From IMG/VR virus record IMGVR_UViG_3300034520_000378: a stretch of 64,000 bases of DNA; one strand, given 5' to 3'. The notes below the pieces were generated by a model that saw only the letters and a program-made list of their open reading frames with translations, did not search any database and was not told the origin of the DNA. Position 1 is the stretch's first letter. Every line of letters begins with the position of its first letter. The DNA comes from a virus. This document shows positions 37,591-47,878 of this stretch, one piece after another. The position numbers were made by a program, and so were the translations under genes.

Positions 37591-40500
37591 TTAAGCGATA
37601 TCTAATGGTGGCAATCCTTCTATAATCTTCATTGTTTCAACACTTACTCGTACAAGCCGCTTGATAAGATCGATTATATAGCGCGGGTTGTCTTGCTCCT
37701 CAAGCCATTTATTTGGGTCGTTGATAATGCCGCTTTTTCTATCCCTAGAAACCTGGTAGCGTTCCATAACCCACTCGATTGCCGGTTTTCCGTTGACTAC
37801 ATATTCGTAGGCTTCAAGCGGAATCCCGCTAAGGGTAATGTTTTCATTGTAGATGATTGTTGTCTTGTCATCCTGGCGATCTCGTGTTTTTCTGAAGCGC
37901 ATCTTAGAAACCTTGTATGTAACCAAGTCATTAGGATCGCCCTTGATTTCTTCCTTCAGCGGCCACGGCTCAACTGTTTCGTAGTTAAGATGGAGTTCTG
38001 CAAGTCTGCGTCCAGCATTACTGAATGCCCAGAAGTCCCCTGCCGAAGATACGAACGGAATCCGGGGAAGCACCTTCTTTAGATCATTTCTGTAGCGTTC
38101 ACGGTACTCGGAGGAGTGCAGGAGACCGTAGATGTAGTAGAAGATATCCTCTTTTGTTACATCTCCGCCGTAGCGCTTACGGTATTCCTCCAGCGCCCAA
38201 TCAGTGATGTTCTCATTGCGGATGTAGCGATTCCCGGAAGGTGTAGTTATAACTTCGCTATCTGGATGGTTGTCAAAAATGCTAATGTTTTGGTTGGTGG
38301 ATTCAGTGACTCTTTCGTATATATAGAGTGGGAATACTTGAATATCACCAATAAGATGTAAATCAGGAATGTGGTTGACAATTAATGTAGAAAACTCTTT
38401 TGAACTTCCTGGTGCTCTTACAGTAATCGCGATGTTTTCGATGCCAGGTTCTGGGAAAATCTTATGTTGCGAAGACGTTCGATCATTAAATATACGACTA
38501 AAGTAAATGTTTATTTTAACAAATGGCCGATATACAGCGTTTCTAATTTCACCAGCCTCTTGAAAAGTATACTTCTTTCGTCTAAAAATTGCTGATTTTA
38601 AACTGCTTGACCAAGCAATTCTTCTATGATCATTGTTAATCATTGATTCTAAATTTTCACGTGTAATTAATCCGGAAATAACAAGATCAACATGCCGGTT
38701 AAATTCTTCGATTGTTCGCATCATGTTTTCTTTAAGAACTTCTTGCGAAAAATTATATGCCCACGTATCTCTGCTTGTACTTACTCCAGTGGAATACTCT
38801 ATGAAAATAACGTTTTTTGCTCTTGGAGATGAATCCTTACTTCTAATCTCTGGGAATGTCTCAAAGTCTTCACTCCGCTGATTGATCCAGTCATGTACCG
38901 AATTTGGCACAATGCGTTTCCATGCCACTCCGCGGATGTCCCCGTATGCCTGCAGGCGCGCCAGTTTTTCCTCCCGGCTCAGGTAGTCACCGATGTCGTG
39001 GTAATAAATCTCCGCTTGACCCGTTTTGGACTTATCTTTAACAAGAATGAGCAATGCCACACCCGCACGGCTGCCTTGACCAAAAATTTTACCGCCTTCT
39101 CTACGCCAGGCTTCACCAGAAAGACGTGCGTTCCCGCGAAGATTAAGGACATAAATCTTCGCAAACTCATCAGCCAGGCACTTGCGGAGACCGTTGGCAG
39201 CAGCGCCGTCGAGAAAACCGCTGTTGGTTACAAAAGCGATAATACCCTTATCTTCAATGCGGTCGGTAGCCATTCGAATAGCGCGGATGTAAGAATCATA
39301 TAGAGCAATCTTAAGACGAGCTGCCGAATGTGCAGCATAGGTTTGACGTATTTTTCTATCCAATCTAGGATATTTAACTGCTTTATTCCCGAGGTTTTCA
39401 TCCTCTTGCCATGCAAACCATGGCGGATTTGAGATAATCACGTTTATCCGCGCTTTTTTCTGCTTCTCCATTAGTTCTGTATACTGCTCTGGGAAAATCG
39501 ATATTTGCACAGCACTTCTAGACTCCATAAGCTGGAAAGAGTCAACTAAAAGTAAATTGCGGAACGGCACGTGCTCTCCCGTCAATTCATAATACGTGCT
39601 TTCAATATTGGCAAGGGCAATATAATAAGGCAAAAGCAGAATCTCGTTTCCCCAGATTTCACCAGCACAGTATTTCCTAACAAGAGCTTCAGGCGCGATC
39701 TGGTACAGCTGATACATAAGCCGCACAAGGAAAGTCCCTGTTCCAGCAAATGGTTCAAGTATAACTACATTTTCGTCTGAAAGACTTGTGCCAAATTCAG
39801 CCTGTAAAACTGCTTCGGTACTTTTCACAAGGAAGTCTACAACCTCTACAGGAGTATAAACAATTCCTAAACGGTCGGCTGTCTTCGGGAAAGCGATTTT
39901 GAAGAAAGTGTCGTAGAGCTGACGCAGAAAGTCCTGCCGCTCGGCTTCTTTATCCAGTCCTCTAGCCCGCACCTTTATAAGCCGGTAAAATTCCTTCAAG
40001 GCTTGAGTCTCTCTATCGACGAATACTTCAAAAATACTGGCTAAGCTATCAAAACTGCGGGCAATGGGATTTTCTTTTAGGAATTCGTATTCATCAAAGA
40101 TCGCGTCAAAGATTGGTTTTGTGACTATGTGCTGCACCAGCATACCGCGAGCTTCTTCTTCGGTAATGGAAGGATTGATAATGCTGCGGAGCGCAGCCAA
40201 AAAGCCGGCAAACGCCTCACGGGTCTTTCTGCCGTATTCGCCGTCATGCTGCAATGCATCTGCGATATGTCGTTCAAGGCGAGCTGTTGCTGAAGCAACG
40301 TCCTTGGCCCACGTCTCTAGATAAGCACGTTCACCCACACGCTCAACCATCCTGCCGAGAATAGCATCGTAAAGCTCATCCTCAAAGTCAAAAGATAACT
40401 GCTCACCCCCGCTGGCTATAACAATGACATCATCGTCTGTGTATATCGTCTGGTCTCTTCCTCCTTTATTATGCGTCCGCCGGATATGCAGTTCTCTAAC

Positions 40501-42357
40501 CATGGCATCAAAGCGGTCATCAATGGAACGCAGAGCACCCAAAACCTCCCATACAGTGCGGAATTCCTCGTTTTTATCGAGCTGTTCTGCCGCATCGCGC
40601 TTAGGGTCTACTATAATGGGAAGTATAACATAACCGTAACGTTTCCCGGGAGCTTTCCGCATAACACGACCAACAGCCTGTACGACGTCAACCACACTTC
40701 TGCGAGGCTTGAGGAAAACTACAGCATCAAGAGCAGGCACATCAATTCCCTCTGTAAGCACTTTTGCATTAGAAAGCACACGCGTCTCGCCAGGTCCAGG
40801 CTCGTCCCTTAGCCAGTCCAGATACGCCTTACGCTGCGTCGCACTCATGGAACCGTCAATATGGCGCACTTCAAACCTGCGAAATTCGCCTTCACTACCA
40901 GTGGCCTCATAGTAGGCCTCAGTAGTCTTTACGAAGTATTCGGAGAACTTTTTTGAGTCAGCAATGCGCCCTGCAAAAACCACCGCTCTTTTCAGTGGAG
41001 GAATGGATTCATTCTTAATGCGCCCGCTTAGAGCGTTCCATACACCGACTATCTTAGCTGCCCATTCGAGTTGCGGCGCATCTTCGTAGTTAAGGAAATC
41101 AAAAAGCCTCCGCTGTACCGCGGCTTCATTGATTGTAAAGACTACGACCTTGTAATCACTAAGTACATTGTCATCTACAGCCTGCCCAAAGCCGTAACGG
41201 AAAAACTCCTCCCCGTATGTCCTTTCATCATCCATTGTGAAGTATTTATAACCTAGTTCTTCCAATCTCTCCCTAATCCGAGGCACAAATACCCGTGGAG
41301 TAGCCGTCATATAAAGCCTTTTTGCTCCCCGTATTATTTCATTATCATGCACTTTGTGGTAGTATGATGCTTCCTCGTCCTGCATTACACCGGTGGTGCG
41401 GTGAGCCTCATCAGCAATGATAAGGTTAAATTCAGGCAGCCCCAGTTTCTGCGCCTCCGCAACCACGTCAATGGAGTGATACGTGGAAACAATTACTGTC
41501 ATCTTGCCCTGGCTGGGTTTCCCGGCATCAGCAGCAAGTATAGCAGGATCGGTCGTCGGAGGAATTGAAAGCACCGTCGTTTGGTCGATAGAATCTTCAT
41601 CGCGGCCTACCGTATAATCGGAGGTAACAGCGTAAACACGTAACGGCAATTCTGTATCCATAAGCCATGCTCTAAGCGTTTGTTCTACTAAGGCAATGGA
41701 TGGAGCAAGAAACAGCACATACCCACCTGACCCAACAAGTCTTTCTGCTATCTTTAAGGCTACGAAAGTCTTGCCAGAACCGGGAGGCATAATAAGCTTG
41801 CCGCGGTCACTACGGCTGAACCCTTTTATTACCGCTTCAACGGCGTTCTGTTGATAAGGACGTAACTCTTTCTTCGGCAAGAGAGGAAGCTCTTCGGGGT
41901 TATTCCAGTCAAATTTGTCCCAGTCAATAGAACTCTCTAGCATAGTTGATAAAGATACAATAACTACAGGCTTTTCCTGATGCTCTAATGCCTGCTCTGC
42001 AGTACTGCTTAGAGGAGCTGTGGTAACAATCATACGATAACTGAACTCTCTACGTCCCGAAAGAGCAAGAAACGTAGATATGTCTTGAAAGCTAATTTGC
42101 TTGCTATGAAACTTCGCTTGAATGGCCCATAAAGCGCCGCTCTCACGTTCTTCTGCTACAAGGTCAATGCCGGAATCAATCTCACTACCACGTCCAGGCC
42201 ATTCAGACCAGCGCCATACATTTGAGAACAACTGGCCGTAGTAGCTGTCACGACGAAGATACGCCGCAACAAAACGCTCAAAAAGCTCGCCTTGTTCACG
42301 TTTAGTCTTTGCAACTGTCCGTAGACGGGAAAGAATCTTCTCGATACTACCACTCAT
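37591..42357 (-). CDS. Type ISP restriction-modification enzyme (LlaGI/LlaBIII-like)
   Basis: 1588 aa: Mrr-like nuclease (GIDLVA..AIQAK), SF2 ATPase (PPGSGKT, DEAH, QAVGRVMR), N6-MTase (EPFAGTGTF, NPPW), C-terminal TRD with YRPF and RIP motifs. Confidence 0.93.
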   Translation of the reverse strand: MSGSIEKILSRLRTVAKTKREQGELFERFVAAYLRRDSYYGQLFSNVWRWSEWPGRGSEIDSGIDLVAEERESGALWAIQAKFHSKQISFQDISTFLALSGRREFSYRMIVTTAPLSSTAEQALEHQEKPVVIVSLSTMLESSIDWDKFDWNNPEELPLLPKKELRPYQQNAVEAVIKGFSRSDRGKLIMPPGSGKTFVALKIAERLVGSGGYVLFLAPSIALVEQTLRAWLMDTELPLRVYAVTSDYTVGRDEDSIDQTTVLSIPPTTDPAILAADAGKPSQGKMTVIVSTYHSIDVVAEAQKLGLPEFNLIIADEAHRTTGVMQDEEASYYHKVHDNEIIRGAKRLYMTATPRVFVPRIRERLEELGYKYFTMDDERTYGEEFFRYGFGQAVDDNVLSDYKVVVFTINEAAVQRRLFDFLNYEDAPQLEWAAKIVGVWNALSGRIKNESIPPLKRAVVFAGRIADSKKFSEYFVKTTEAYYEATGSEGEFRRFEVRHIDGSMSATQRKAYLDWLRDEPGPGETRVLSNAKVLTEGIDVPALDAVVFLKPRRSVVDVVQAVGRVMRKAPGKRYGYVILPIIVDPKRDAAEQLDKNEEFRTVWEVLGALRSIDDRFDAMVRELHIRRTHNKGGRDQTIYTDDDVIVIASGGEQLSFDFEDELYDAILGRMVERVGERAYLETWAKDVASATARLERHIADALQHDGEYGRKTREAFAGFLAALRSIINPSITEEEARGMLVQHIVTKPIFDAIFDEYEFLKENPIARSFDSLASIFEVFVDRETQALKEFYRLIKVRARGLDKEAERQDFLRQLYDTFFKIAFPKTADRLGIVYTPVEVVDFLVKSTEAVLQAEFGTSLSDENVVILEPFAGTGTFLVRLMYQLYQIAPEALVRKYCAGEIWGNEILLLPYYIALANIESTYYELTGEHVPFRNLLLVDSFQLMESRSAVQISIFPEQYTELMEKQKKARINVIISNPPWFAWQEDENLGNKAVKYPRLDRKIRQTYAAHSAARLKIALYDSYIRAIRMATDRIEDKGIIAFVTNSGFLDGAAANGLRKCLADEFAKIYVLNLRGNARLSGEAWRREGGKIFGQGSRAGVALLILVKDKSKTGQAEIYYHDIGDYLSREEKLARLQAYGDIRGVAWKRIVPNSVHDWINQRSEDFETFPEIRSKDSSPRAKNVIFIEYSTGVSTSRDTWAYNFSQEVLKENMMRTIEEFNRHVDLVISGLITRENLESMINNDHRRIAWSSSLKSAIFRRKKYTFQEAGEIRNAVYRPFVKINIYFSRIFNDRTSSQHKIFPEPGIENIAITVRAPGSSKEFSTLIVNHIPDLHLIGDIQVFPLYIYERVTESTNQNISIFDNHPDSEVITTPSGNRYIRNENITDWALEEYRKRYGGDVTKEDIFYYIYGLLHSSEYRERYRNDLKKVLPRIPFVSSAGDFWAFSNAGRRLAELHLNYETVEPWPLKEEIKGDPNDLVTYKVSKMRFRKTRDRQDDKTTIIYNENITLSGIPLEAYEYVVNGKPAIEWVMERYQVSRDRKSGIINDPNKWLEEQDNPRYIIDLIKRLVRVSVETMKIIEGLPPLDIA

Positions 42358-42375
42358 AAAAATACCTCCTGCTTC

Positions 42376-42777
42376 TTAAAACATCAGGGTGCTTTTATAA
42401 ACTCTATCTTGCCTATAGTCATCGTCCCATTGAACTTCTATTTCAAATGGCGGACTACAATCATGTGAGATTCCCAAAGGGAAACTCACTTGCGAAGTAG
42501 GTCCAATATACGAAGGGATGGTCATCCCCTTCAAAAACGCACAATGATCTTCGATTGGCACCCCGTTTAGTTTAATTCGAATATTACGCGCTTCCGCTTT
42601 ACCGGAATTAACTAAGAGCAGTCGATCGCTTTTGCCCACTTTTATCAGTATCGCATATAAATTTGCTTGAAGCAATTCAATTCTCCTATCGCGTTCTCGC
42701 TTCCAGAATGCAATAATGGAAACAACTAAGGTACAAAATGAAATCAGCAAACTGCCCCACGAAACAAAGTCACTCAT
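42376..42777 (-). CDS. Hypothetical protein with N-terminal membrane anchor
   Basis: 133 aa, GGAGG RBS. Confidence 0.6.
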   Translation of the reverse strand: MSDFVSWGSLLISFCTLVVSIIAFWKRERDRRIELLQANLYAILIKVGKSDRLLLVNSGKAEARNIRIKLNGVPIEDHCAFLKGMTIPSYIGPTSQVSFPLGISHDCSPPFEIEVQWDDDYRQDRVYKSTLMF

Positions 42778-42818
42778 TAGTTTGCCTCCTCTACAATCTT
42801 CTAGGCTTTTTCAGGTCA

Positions 42819-43739
42819 TTACGGCTTACACACCTTACATGGCTCATATCCCGCCTTTATTGCTTCCTCACGTGACTTAAAGTATACTCTATTCCCTGGC
42901 GCTATCTTTTTGGCCCACTGACAGTCCGGGAAATGAAACTTCTTGCTGTTTTTATTCCCTATATAAGAGGCCGATGCTTTGTTGGAAGACTCAGACTCTT
43001 CTTTTATCTCCAACCCCCAGAGCCCCGCATTTTTCTCCCTAGCTTCTTGCTGATATGTCCTGAAATACTCAGCATACTTCACATTCGGCGGCACCGTCAT
43101 GACCTGTGCATAACCTTCCAGCAGAAGCATCGCATTAAACATCTTTGTCCTTACTTCTTCGTCGCTTTCCTTTATTGGCGGCGAAAGCCATATGTACGCT
43201 AAAAGCCTGCCATACTTGTCTCTCTCCTGCACGTCAAGTTCGAGCCACACATCCTTGTTAAGGAGTTTTGATTTCGTATAAGCAGCTGCTTCCTTGCCGT
43301 AGGGCTCTACCTGTGTGGTACTTTCCGGTGTGTCTACACCGATGAACCGTACCTTTTCTTCTTTGCCATTCTCTAGCTTGATGTATACAGTGTCACCATC
43401 TACTACTTTCATTACTCTAGCCTTGATAAGATTAACTCCTGTATTCTTAGTATTTCCTGCTGTTGAAGAAGGCACGGTTTTACTTTCTTCCTTTGAGTTT
43501 GCTCCATCCTTTGCTGTAGGCTGCTGGATAGGCGCCGAAAATGAAACCGCATCATTCTGATGGTTGGATTCGGAGATTACTGCAGTACTACTCCGCTGAA
43601 CGGATTCCTCCAGCTCCGCCGCTTTGTCATTTGCGGAAGCAGAGGGCGGCACTGTTCCGCTACTGCTACATCCTGCAAGCGCCAGGATTATTATTAGAAC
43701 CAACAGAACGGTTATATTACCAGTATTCGCCTTATTCAC
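42819..43739 (-). CDS. Lipoprotein thermonuclease (SNase) with C-terminal Ada-type metal-binding domain
   Basis: Lipobox LAGC; VVDGDT, VRFIGVDTPE, DKYGRLLAY, GLW; YIGNKNSKKFH..C..GYEPCKVC; probable start GTG 43739. Confidence 0.9.
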   Translation of the reverse strand: MNKANTGNITVLLVLIIILALAGCSSSGTVPPSASANDKAAELEESVQRSSTAVISESNHQNDAVSFSAPIQQPTAKDGANSKEESKTVPSSTAGNTKNTGVNLIKARVMKVVDGDTVYIKLENGKEEKVRFIGVDTPESTTQVEPYGKEAAAYTKSKLLNKDVWLELDVQERDKYGRLLAYIWLSPPIKESDEEVRTKMFNAMLLLEGYAQVMTVPPNVKYAEYFRTYQQEAREKNAGLWGLEIKEESESSNKASASYIGNKNSKKFHFPDCQWAKKIAPGNRVYFKSREEAIKAGYEPCKVCKP

Positions 43740-44008
43740 CCTCAAGGCCTTCCTCCCCCCTCCTTCTAGAGCACTAAAGAACTTCTCACCGTACACTACG
43801 CAACTTGCCTCTTCGTGTTCAGAAATCTTTCCCACACTCTTCATACACTTCATCGCCCCATATGCCCCGCCATTTATCTAAATACTCCTTTATCCAACCT
43901 TGCAAACCAACTGATCTCGTCATCCCAGCGGTATGGTCAAAAATACTTATTCCTCATAATCCATTCTCCTTTCTACGGGCCTTAAGTATCATTAAACAGT
44001 CGCCTCTT

Positions 44009-45571
44009 TTAACCTGCGCCCGGGGTTCTGCTTTTATCGAAAGAAAACCGTCTCGGGCCCGGTAGTTGAGGCGTTACCTCTTTTACTTCTATCGCAGGTT
44101 GTGCGCCTCTACCGCTAAAAATCCTCTCGATAAAGCTAGAAACTTTAACTACCGCGTTAACTGCAGCGTTTAAAATAGCCTTGCCAAGTGTATTCTCCTT
44201 CATATCTAACCCAAGCTTATAGGCTTCTGCCTTAAGCTTTTCGGCACATTCGTTCGCCCTTTTCATAGCTGCTATCAGCGGCGGATAATTGAATGGGTTT
44301 TTACTCAACCACATGCAATACTCCATTCCAGGCTTGTAAAACCCGTTTTCCCATCCTTCCCTTCTGTAATACTTCTCCATTACCTGTTTGGCCCGTTCAA
44401 TCTCGCTCAGTAAGTTCTTACGCATCTCCTCTGCACGCCTGCGTATTTCCTCGTATAAAAGTCTCCGCCTGGTCGGCCATAACCAGTTCCAGAAACTGAT
44501 CTTCAACTTCCGCCTTGCCCGTTCTGCCTTTCTGTCAATCGCTTTTATCCTCTCATTAATGGCATCCGGCACAACGCTTACTACCTTGAACACTGCTTCA
44601 TTGAACTCTCTTTTTGCCTCTTCAAATGCTGCCATACGCATACGTCTTGCCAACCCTCTCCCCGCCTTGGCACCAAAGAAAGCTCCTAAAACAGCTCCTA
44701 CAGCCGCACCAAATGGACCAAGAACTGCCCCTCCCAAGGCTACACCAATCTTACTTCCTATATATCCGCCTCCTCCAACGGCTATTGTGTCACGCATCAC
44801 ATTGACAGCTGCCTCGCCTACGCTAATGCGCCCGTTTAACAACAGATTGCCTTCCCGGATAGCTGCTAAAGCAAGGGTTACCAGAGGGATGTGAATACCG
44901 CCATCACCGAGTCTGTCTACCCCATGAATAGTATCCTTTACATGCCTTGCTACTTCATCATGGTGCAGATCGTGATCCACTATGACATTATCATTGCCAT
45001 CAAAATAGTGTGCCATTTCCGCATTTACAATTACAGGTATGTCATGAAACTTGTCCAAATGTTCCCGAATAAGATCAGGATCCATAACACATTTTACCTG
45101 GACCGGATGTCCGTCAACCAATATATCCCATCCTTCTTGATTGGGAATATCAGCAAACTCTACTATATGCCCCTGAGCAGCAAGATGGGCCGCTACAATC
45201 CTTTCCGCCGTATATCCCTCTAATCGTTCCATGGCGCCAGCAATAGACGCCTCTGCCCCTGATAGAAAATGGTCATGCACGTATCTGCTTATTTCGTTAA
45301 AAGTATCCAAATCAAGCTTGCTGGAAAAGTCCATTGCCTCCAGCACACTATCATCTATCATAGCCAGAGCGTGAAACATGTCATAGGCCGTAACCACTCC
45401 GGCAGCAACAGCATCAACATCGCCAACCTGCTTGATAAGAGAGTTAAAGCTCTTGCTTACCTCATCCCCCACTTTAATCTCTGTTCTCAACTCCCTATCA
45501 AGCACCCGCCAGCGCCATCGCCTTATTACTGCAAACACTACAATAGACCCTGCAAGTAGCAAAAGAACCAC
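44009..45571 (-). CDS. Membrane protein with glycine zipper and possible PD-(D/E)xK-like motif
   Basis: 520 aa; N-terminal TM, GxxxG repeats, NQEGWD.LVDG..VQVK, coiled coil. Confidence 0.55.
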   Translation of the reverse strand: MVLLLLAGSIVVFAVIRRWRWRVLDRELRTEIKVGDEVSKSFNSLIKQVGDVDAVAAGVVTAYDMFHALAMIDDSVLEAMDFSSKLDLDTFNEISRYVHDHFLSGAEASIAGAMERLEGYTAERIVAAHLAAQGHIVEFADIPNQEGWDILVDGHPVQVKCVMDPDLIREHLDKFHDIPVIVNAEMAHYFDGNDNVIVDHDLHHDEVARHVKDTIHGVDRLGDGGIHIPLVTLALAAIREGNLLLNGRISVGEAAVNVMRDTIAVGGGGYIGSKIGVALGGAVLGPFGAAVGAVLGAFFGAKAGRGLARRMRMAAFEEAKREFNEAVFKVVSVVPDAINERIKAIDRKAERARRKLKISFWNWLWPTRRRLLYEEIRRRAEEMRKNLLSEIERAKQVMEKYYRREGWENGFYKPGMEYCMWLSKNPFNYPPLIAAMKRANECAEKLKAEAYKLGLDMKENTLGKAILNAAVNAVVKVSSFIERIFSGRGAQPAIEVKEVTPQLPGPRRFSFDKSRTPGAG

Positions 45572-45612
45572 ACATATACCCCCTCCCGGATCCTAATGTG
45601 GTACATTACATT

Positions 45613-45637
45613 ATTCTACACTGATAGTCATTTTCCT
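45613..45637 (-). promoter_or_regulatory. sigmaH-like promoter
   Basis: AGGA-AAAT..GTA(N17)-GAAT about 40 nt upstream of the 45571 start. Confidence 0.65.
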
Positions 45638-46067
45638 CCTGTTCAGAACAGAATTCGGAATGAACACAAGACAGCGTAAAAGTGAACTTGTATGAGCGAA
45701 ATCATGAAGAACCGGAAAGCTAGAGGTGGCAGGACTTAAAGTGCGTATAAACCCTGCAGAACATGGAAGTCACGCCTAAAGGATAATTTGTGCGGGAGAA
45801 ATCCCGAAGGGCAGGATGCTGAAGACAGCAGCGCGCTAAAGGGGATTTTGCACGGACGAAATCCTGAGGGGGCCACCTCTCTCATCACATCGTTTCTCGC
45901 CCGTTTTGGCCCCCTCCCCCTTTGTTACCCCTCCCTCCCTGCTTCCACCTTCCTCCTCCTCGCACCACCGCTCCGCTCCCTCTAGTTGTGTGGGTGCAAT
46001 AAATCATCCCCCGTTGACAGTCCGTTGAGCCGTGCGGCGGGCCGAGGGGGCAGAGGAGGTGGTTAGC

Positions 46068-46572
46068 ATGGCAGTCAGGTTTTCAGCTGTTGTTAGTGAG
46101 TTGAGGGAGGCAGGGTACATACCCGAGGGCATCGAGGTGTTTGTGGGGTCTCCGTGGGGCCCATCGGCGGTGCTGCCCCTGGAGTGCACCCGGGAGGAAA
46201 GAGAGTTTATGGAGCTCCAGGTGGGGATTCACCTGCCGGATGAGCTGGACCCCGAGGGCTGGGGGGGAAGACGCGCAGTTGGAGCTGCAGCTCCTCCGCG
46301 ACAAGCTTACCCAAGCCGGTCTACCCGATGACGACCTAGCGTTAGCCAGGTTCTTCGTGCTCCACGAGGTTGGCCACTGGGTCCACTTCATACAGGAAGG
46401 CGAGCTTCCCTTTGCAGAGGACCTTATCCTCCGCCTTGGGCTCCTCGTCGATGCAGAGGAGCAGGGCTGGAGCGATGAAGAGGCGGCCCGTCAGTATAGG
46501 CAGCTGCCAGTGGAGGTGCGGGCAGGCGCCTATACCTTGGAACAACTGAAACAGCTGTACGGGCGGAGCTGA
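46068..46572 (+). pseudogene. Zn metallopeptidase-like gene (HExxH) frameshifted in a G7 tract
   Basis: The RBS/ATG frame joins the HEVGH..E..A frame if G7 at 46261-46267 is G6. Confidence 0.7.
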
Positions 46573-46676
46573 AACAAGGCTCCGCCTTTTCTTGTTTTGC
46601 TGGTGAAATAAAACAACCCCGATGAAAGCTCACTCTAGCATGCGGTGAGCTGAGGGGATGTAAGGAGGTGATTAGC

Positions 46677-47045
46677 ATGCTGAAGATGATTCCTGATGTC
46701 GATACAAAAGCGCTGGAGGCGGTTATTGTCCGTCTCGCAGCTAGGATCAAACAGAAAGGAGATTGGCCGGTAGAGCCGACTATTGCCGAGTGGAAAGGCT
46801 TCCGGCTCTGGGCGGGAGTCACGCCGAGGCAGGGGTTCCGGCGGGTCGTTATTACCCCGTCCGGCAAGGCGTCCTGGGCGGTCACGTTAATCGACGCCAA
46901 CCCCGCCAAAGTAAGGCAAGCCGAACACAAGGTCATGGTGTACCTCACCATTGGCCTGAGGCAGGTCGTCGGCCAGGTCGACTTCAGCGGCCGGCGCCCC
47001 CTGCTCAGATGGTTCGGAGATCGAAAGGAGGTGAAAGCATGCTGA
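46677..47045 (+). CDS. Hypothetical protein
   Basis: AAGGAGGTG RBS before ATG 46677. Confidence 0.7.
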   Translation: MLKMIPDVDTKALEAVIVRLAARIKQKGDWPVEPTIAEWKGFRLWAGVTPRQGFRRVVITPSGKASWAVTLIDANPAKVRQAEHKVMVYLTIGLRQVVGQVDFSGRRPLLRWFGDRKEVKAC

Positions 47046-47197
47046 AGAAGTACACGATCAGAAAGGGCAGCCTGGCCTGGTGGATCTCCAAGCTGCTGCC
47101 CTGGCTCGGATTGGCGCTCTTCCTCGTGGTCCTGGGGCTTATCGGCCACGAGGAGCTGAGCATTTATTGTCAGCGGCATTACCTGCCACTGCCGTAA
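47039..47197 (+). CDS. Small membrane protein (52 aa)
   Basis: AAGGAGGTG RBS; MLKKYTIRKGSLAWWISKLLPWLGLALFLVVLGLIG. Confidence 0.65.
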   Translation: MLKKYTIRKGSLAWWISKLLPWLGLALFLVVLGLIGHEELSIYCQRHYLPLP

Positions 47198-47355
47198 GGG
47201 AGGGGACGCACTGTCTCCTCCCTTTTCTTGTTTGTCACACAGAAGAGCTGAATGGGACCGGCCGCTGCTCCGCATCCCCCTAGCTCTCCGGGTGAATAAA
47301 CTGCCCCGTCCCGCTTCCCCATGCGGCGGCACGGGGAATGAAGGAGGTGACAAGC

Positions 47356-47847
47356 ATGGGTTGCTTTGAAGCGCGCATGTGGCTTCAGCAGTTCTGGGAC
47401 CGGCATGGCCGGCTCCCACAGACTCAAGAGGTACCCATCGAGCACAGCCGGTACCTCCGCGGTTTCAAGGTCGTCCCGGTCGGCTGGGAGTTCGAGCTCC
47501 GGCTTGCCAGTGCCCTTGCCGACCTAGGGCTGTATGTCTACCCCTACAGCCCCGAACAGGACAGACAGGGGGTAGATATCTCGTTCGAGCTGGGCGACTA
47601 CATCGTCGACCTCCAGCTCAAAGCATGCAGGCCGTACCTCAATGTCGAGCTCCTTGGCTGGCACTGGCGCTCCCCATATGTGTTGGTCGAGGCACCCTAC
47701 CGCGGTGGCGAGCTCCTCACCGCAGAGGTGGAAGCAATCGTAGGCCGCCTACTACGACTGCTCGACCTCGACTACACAGTCGTGCCAGCCTGGGCTCCCA
47801 AAACCGTCCTCTGCCGCTCGTGCCGTTCCTACCGCCGTTCTCGTTAG
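47356..47847 (+). CDS. Putative PD-(D/E)xK-fold nuclease
   Basis: E..L...L..LG..DRQGVD.SF......DLQLK motif. Confidence 0.5.
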   Translation: MGCFEARMWLQQFWDRHGRLPQTQEVPIEHSRYLRGFKVVPVGWEFELRLASALADLGLYVYPYSPEQDRQGVDISFELGDYIVDLQLKACRPYLNVELLGWHWRSPYVLVEAPYRGGELLTAEVEAIVGRLLRLLDLDYTVVPAWAPKTVLCRSCRSYRRSR

Positions 47848-47849
47848 TT

Positions 47850-47878
47850 ATTGTACCACAGGGGAGACAGGAAGTCAA
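47850..47878 (-). promoter_or_regulatory. Antisense sigmaA-like promoter embedded in a terminator arm
   Basis: TTGACT-N17-TACAAT with TG extension on the minus strand. Confidence 0.65.

Noticed and set aside
35611-45571. Host chromosome flanking a prophage end
   Set aside because: No integrase, att site, housekeeping or other flagellar genes; phage genes continue on both sides. Not fully excluded without the rest of the genome.
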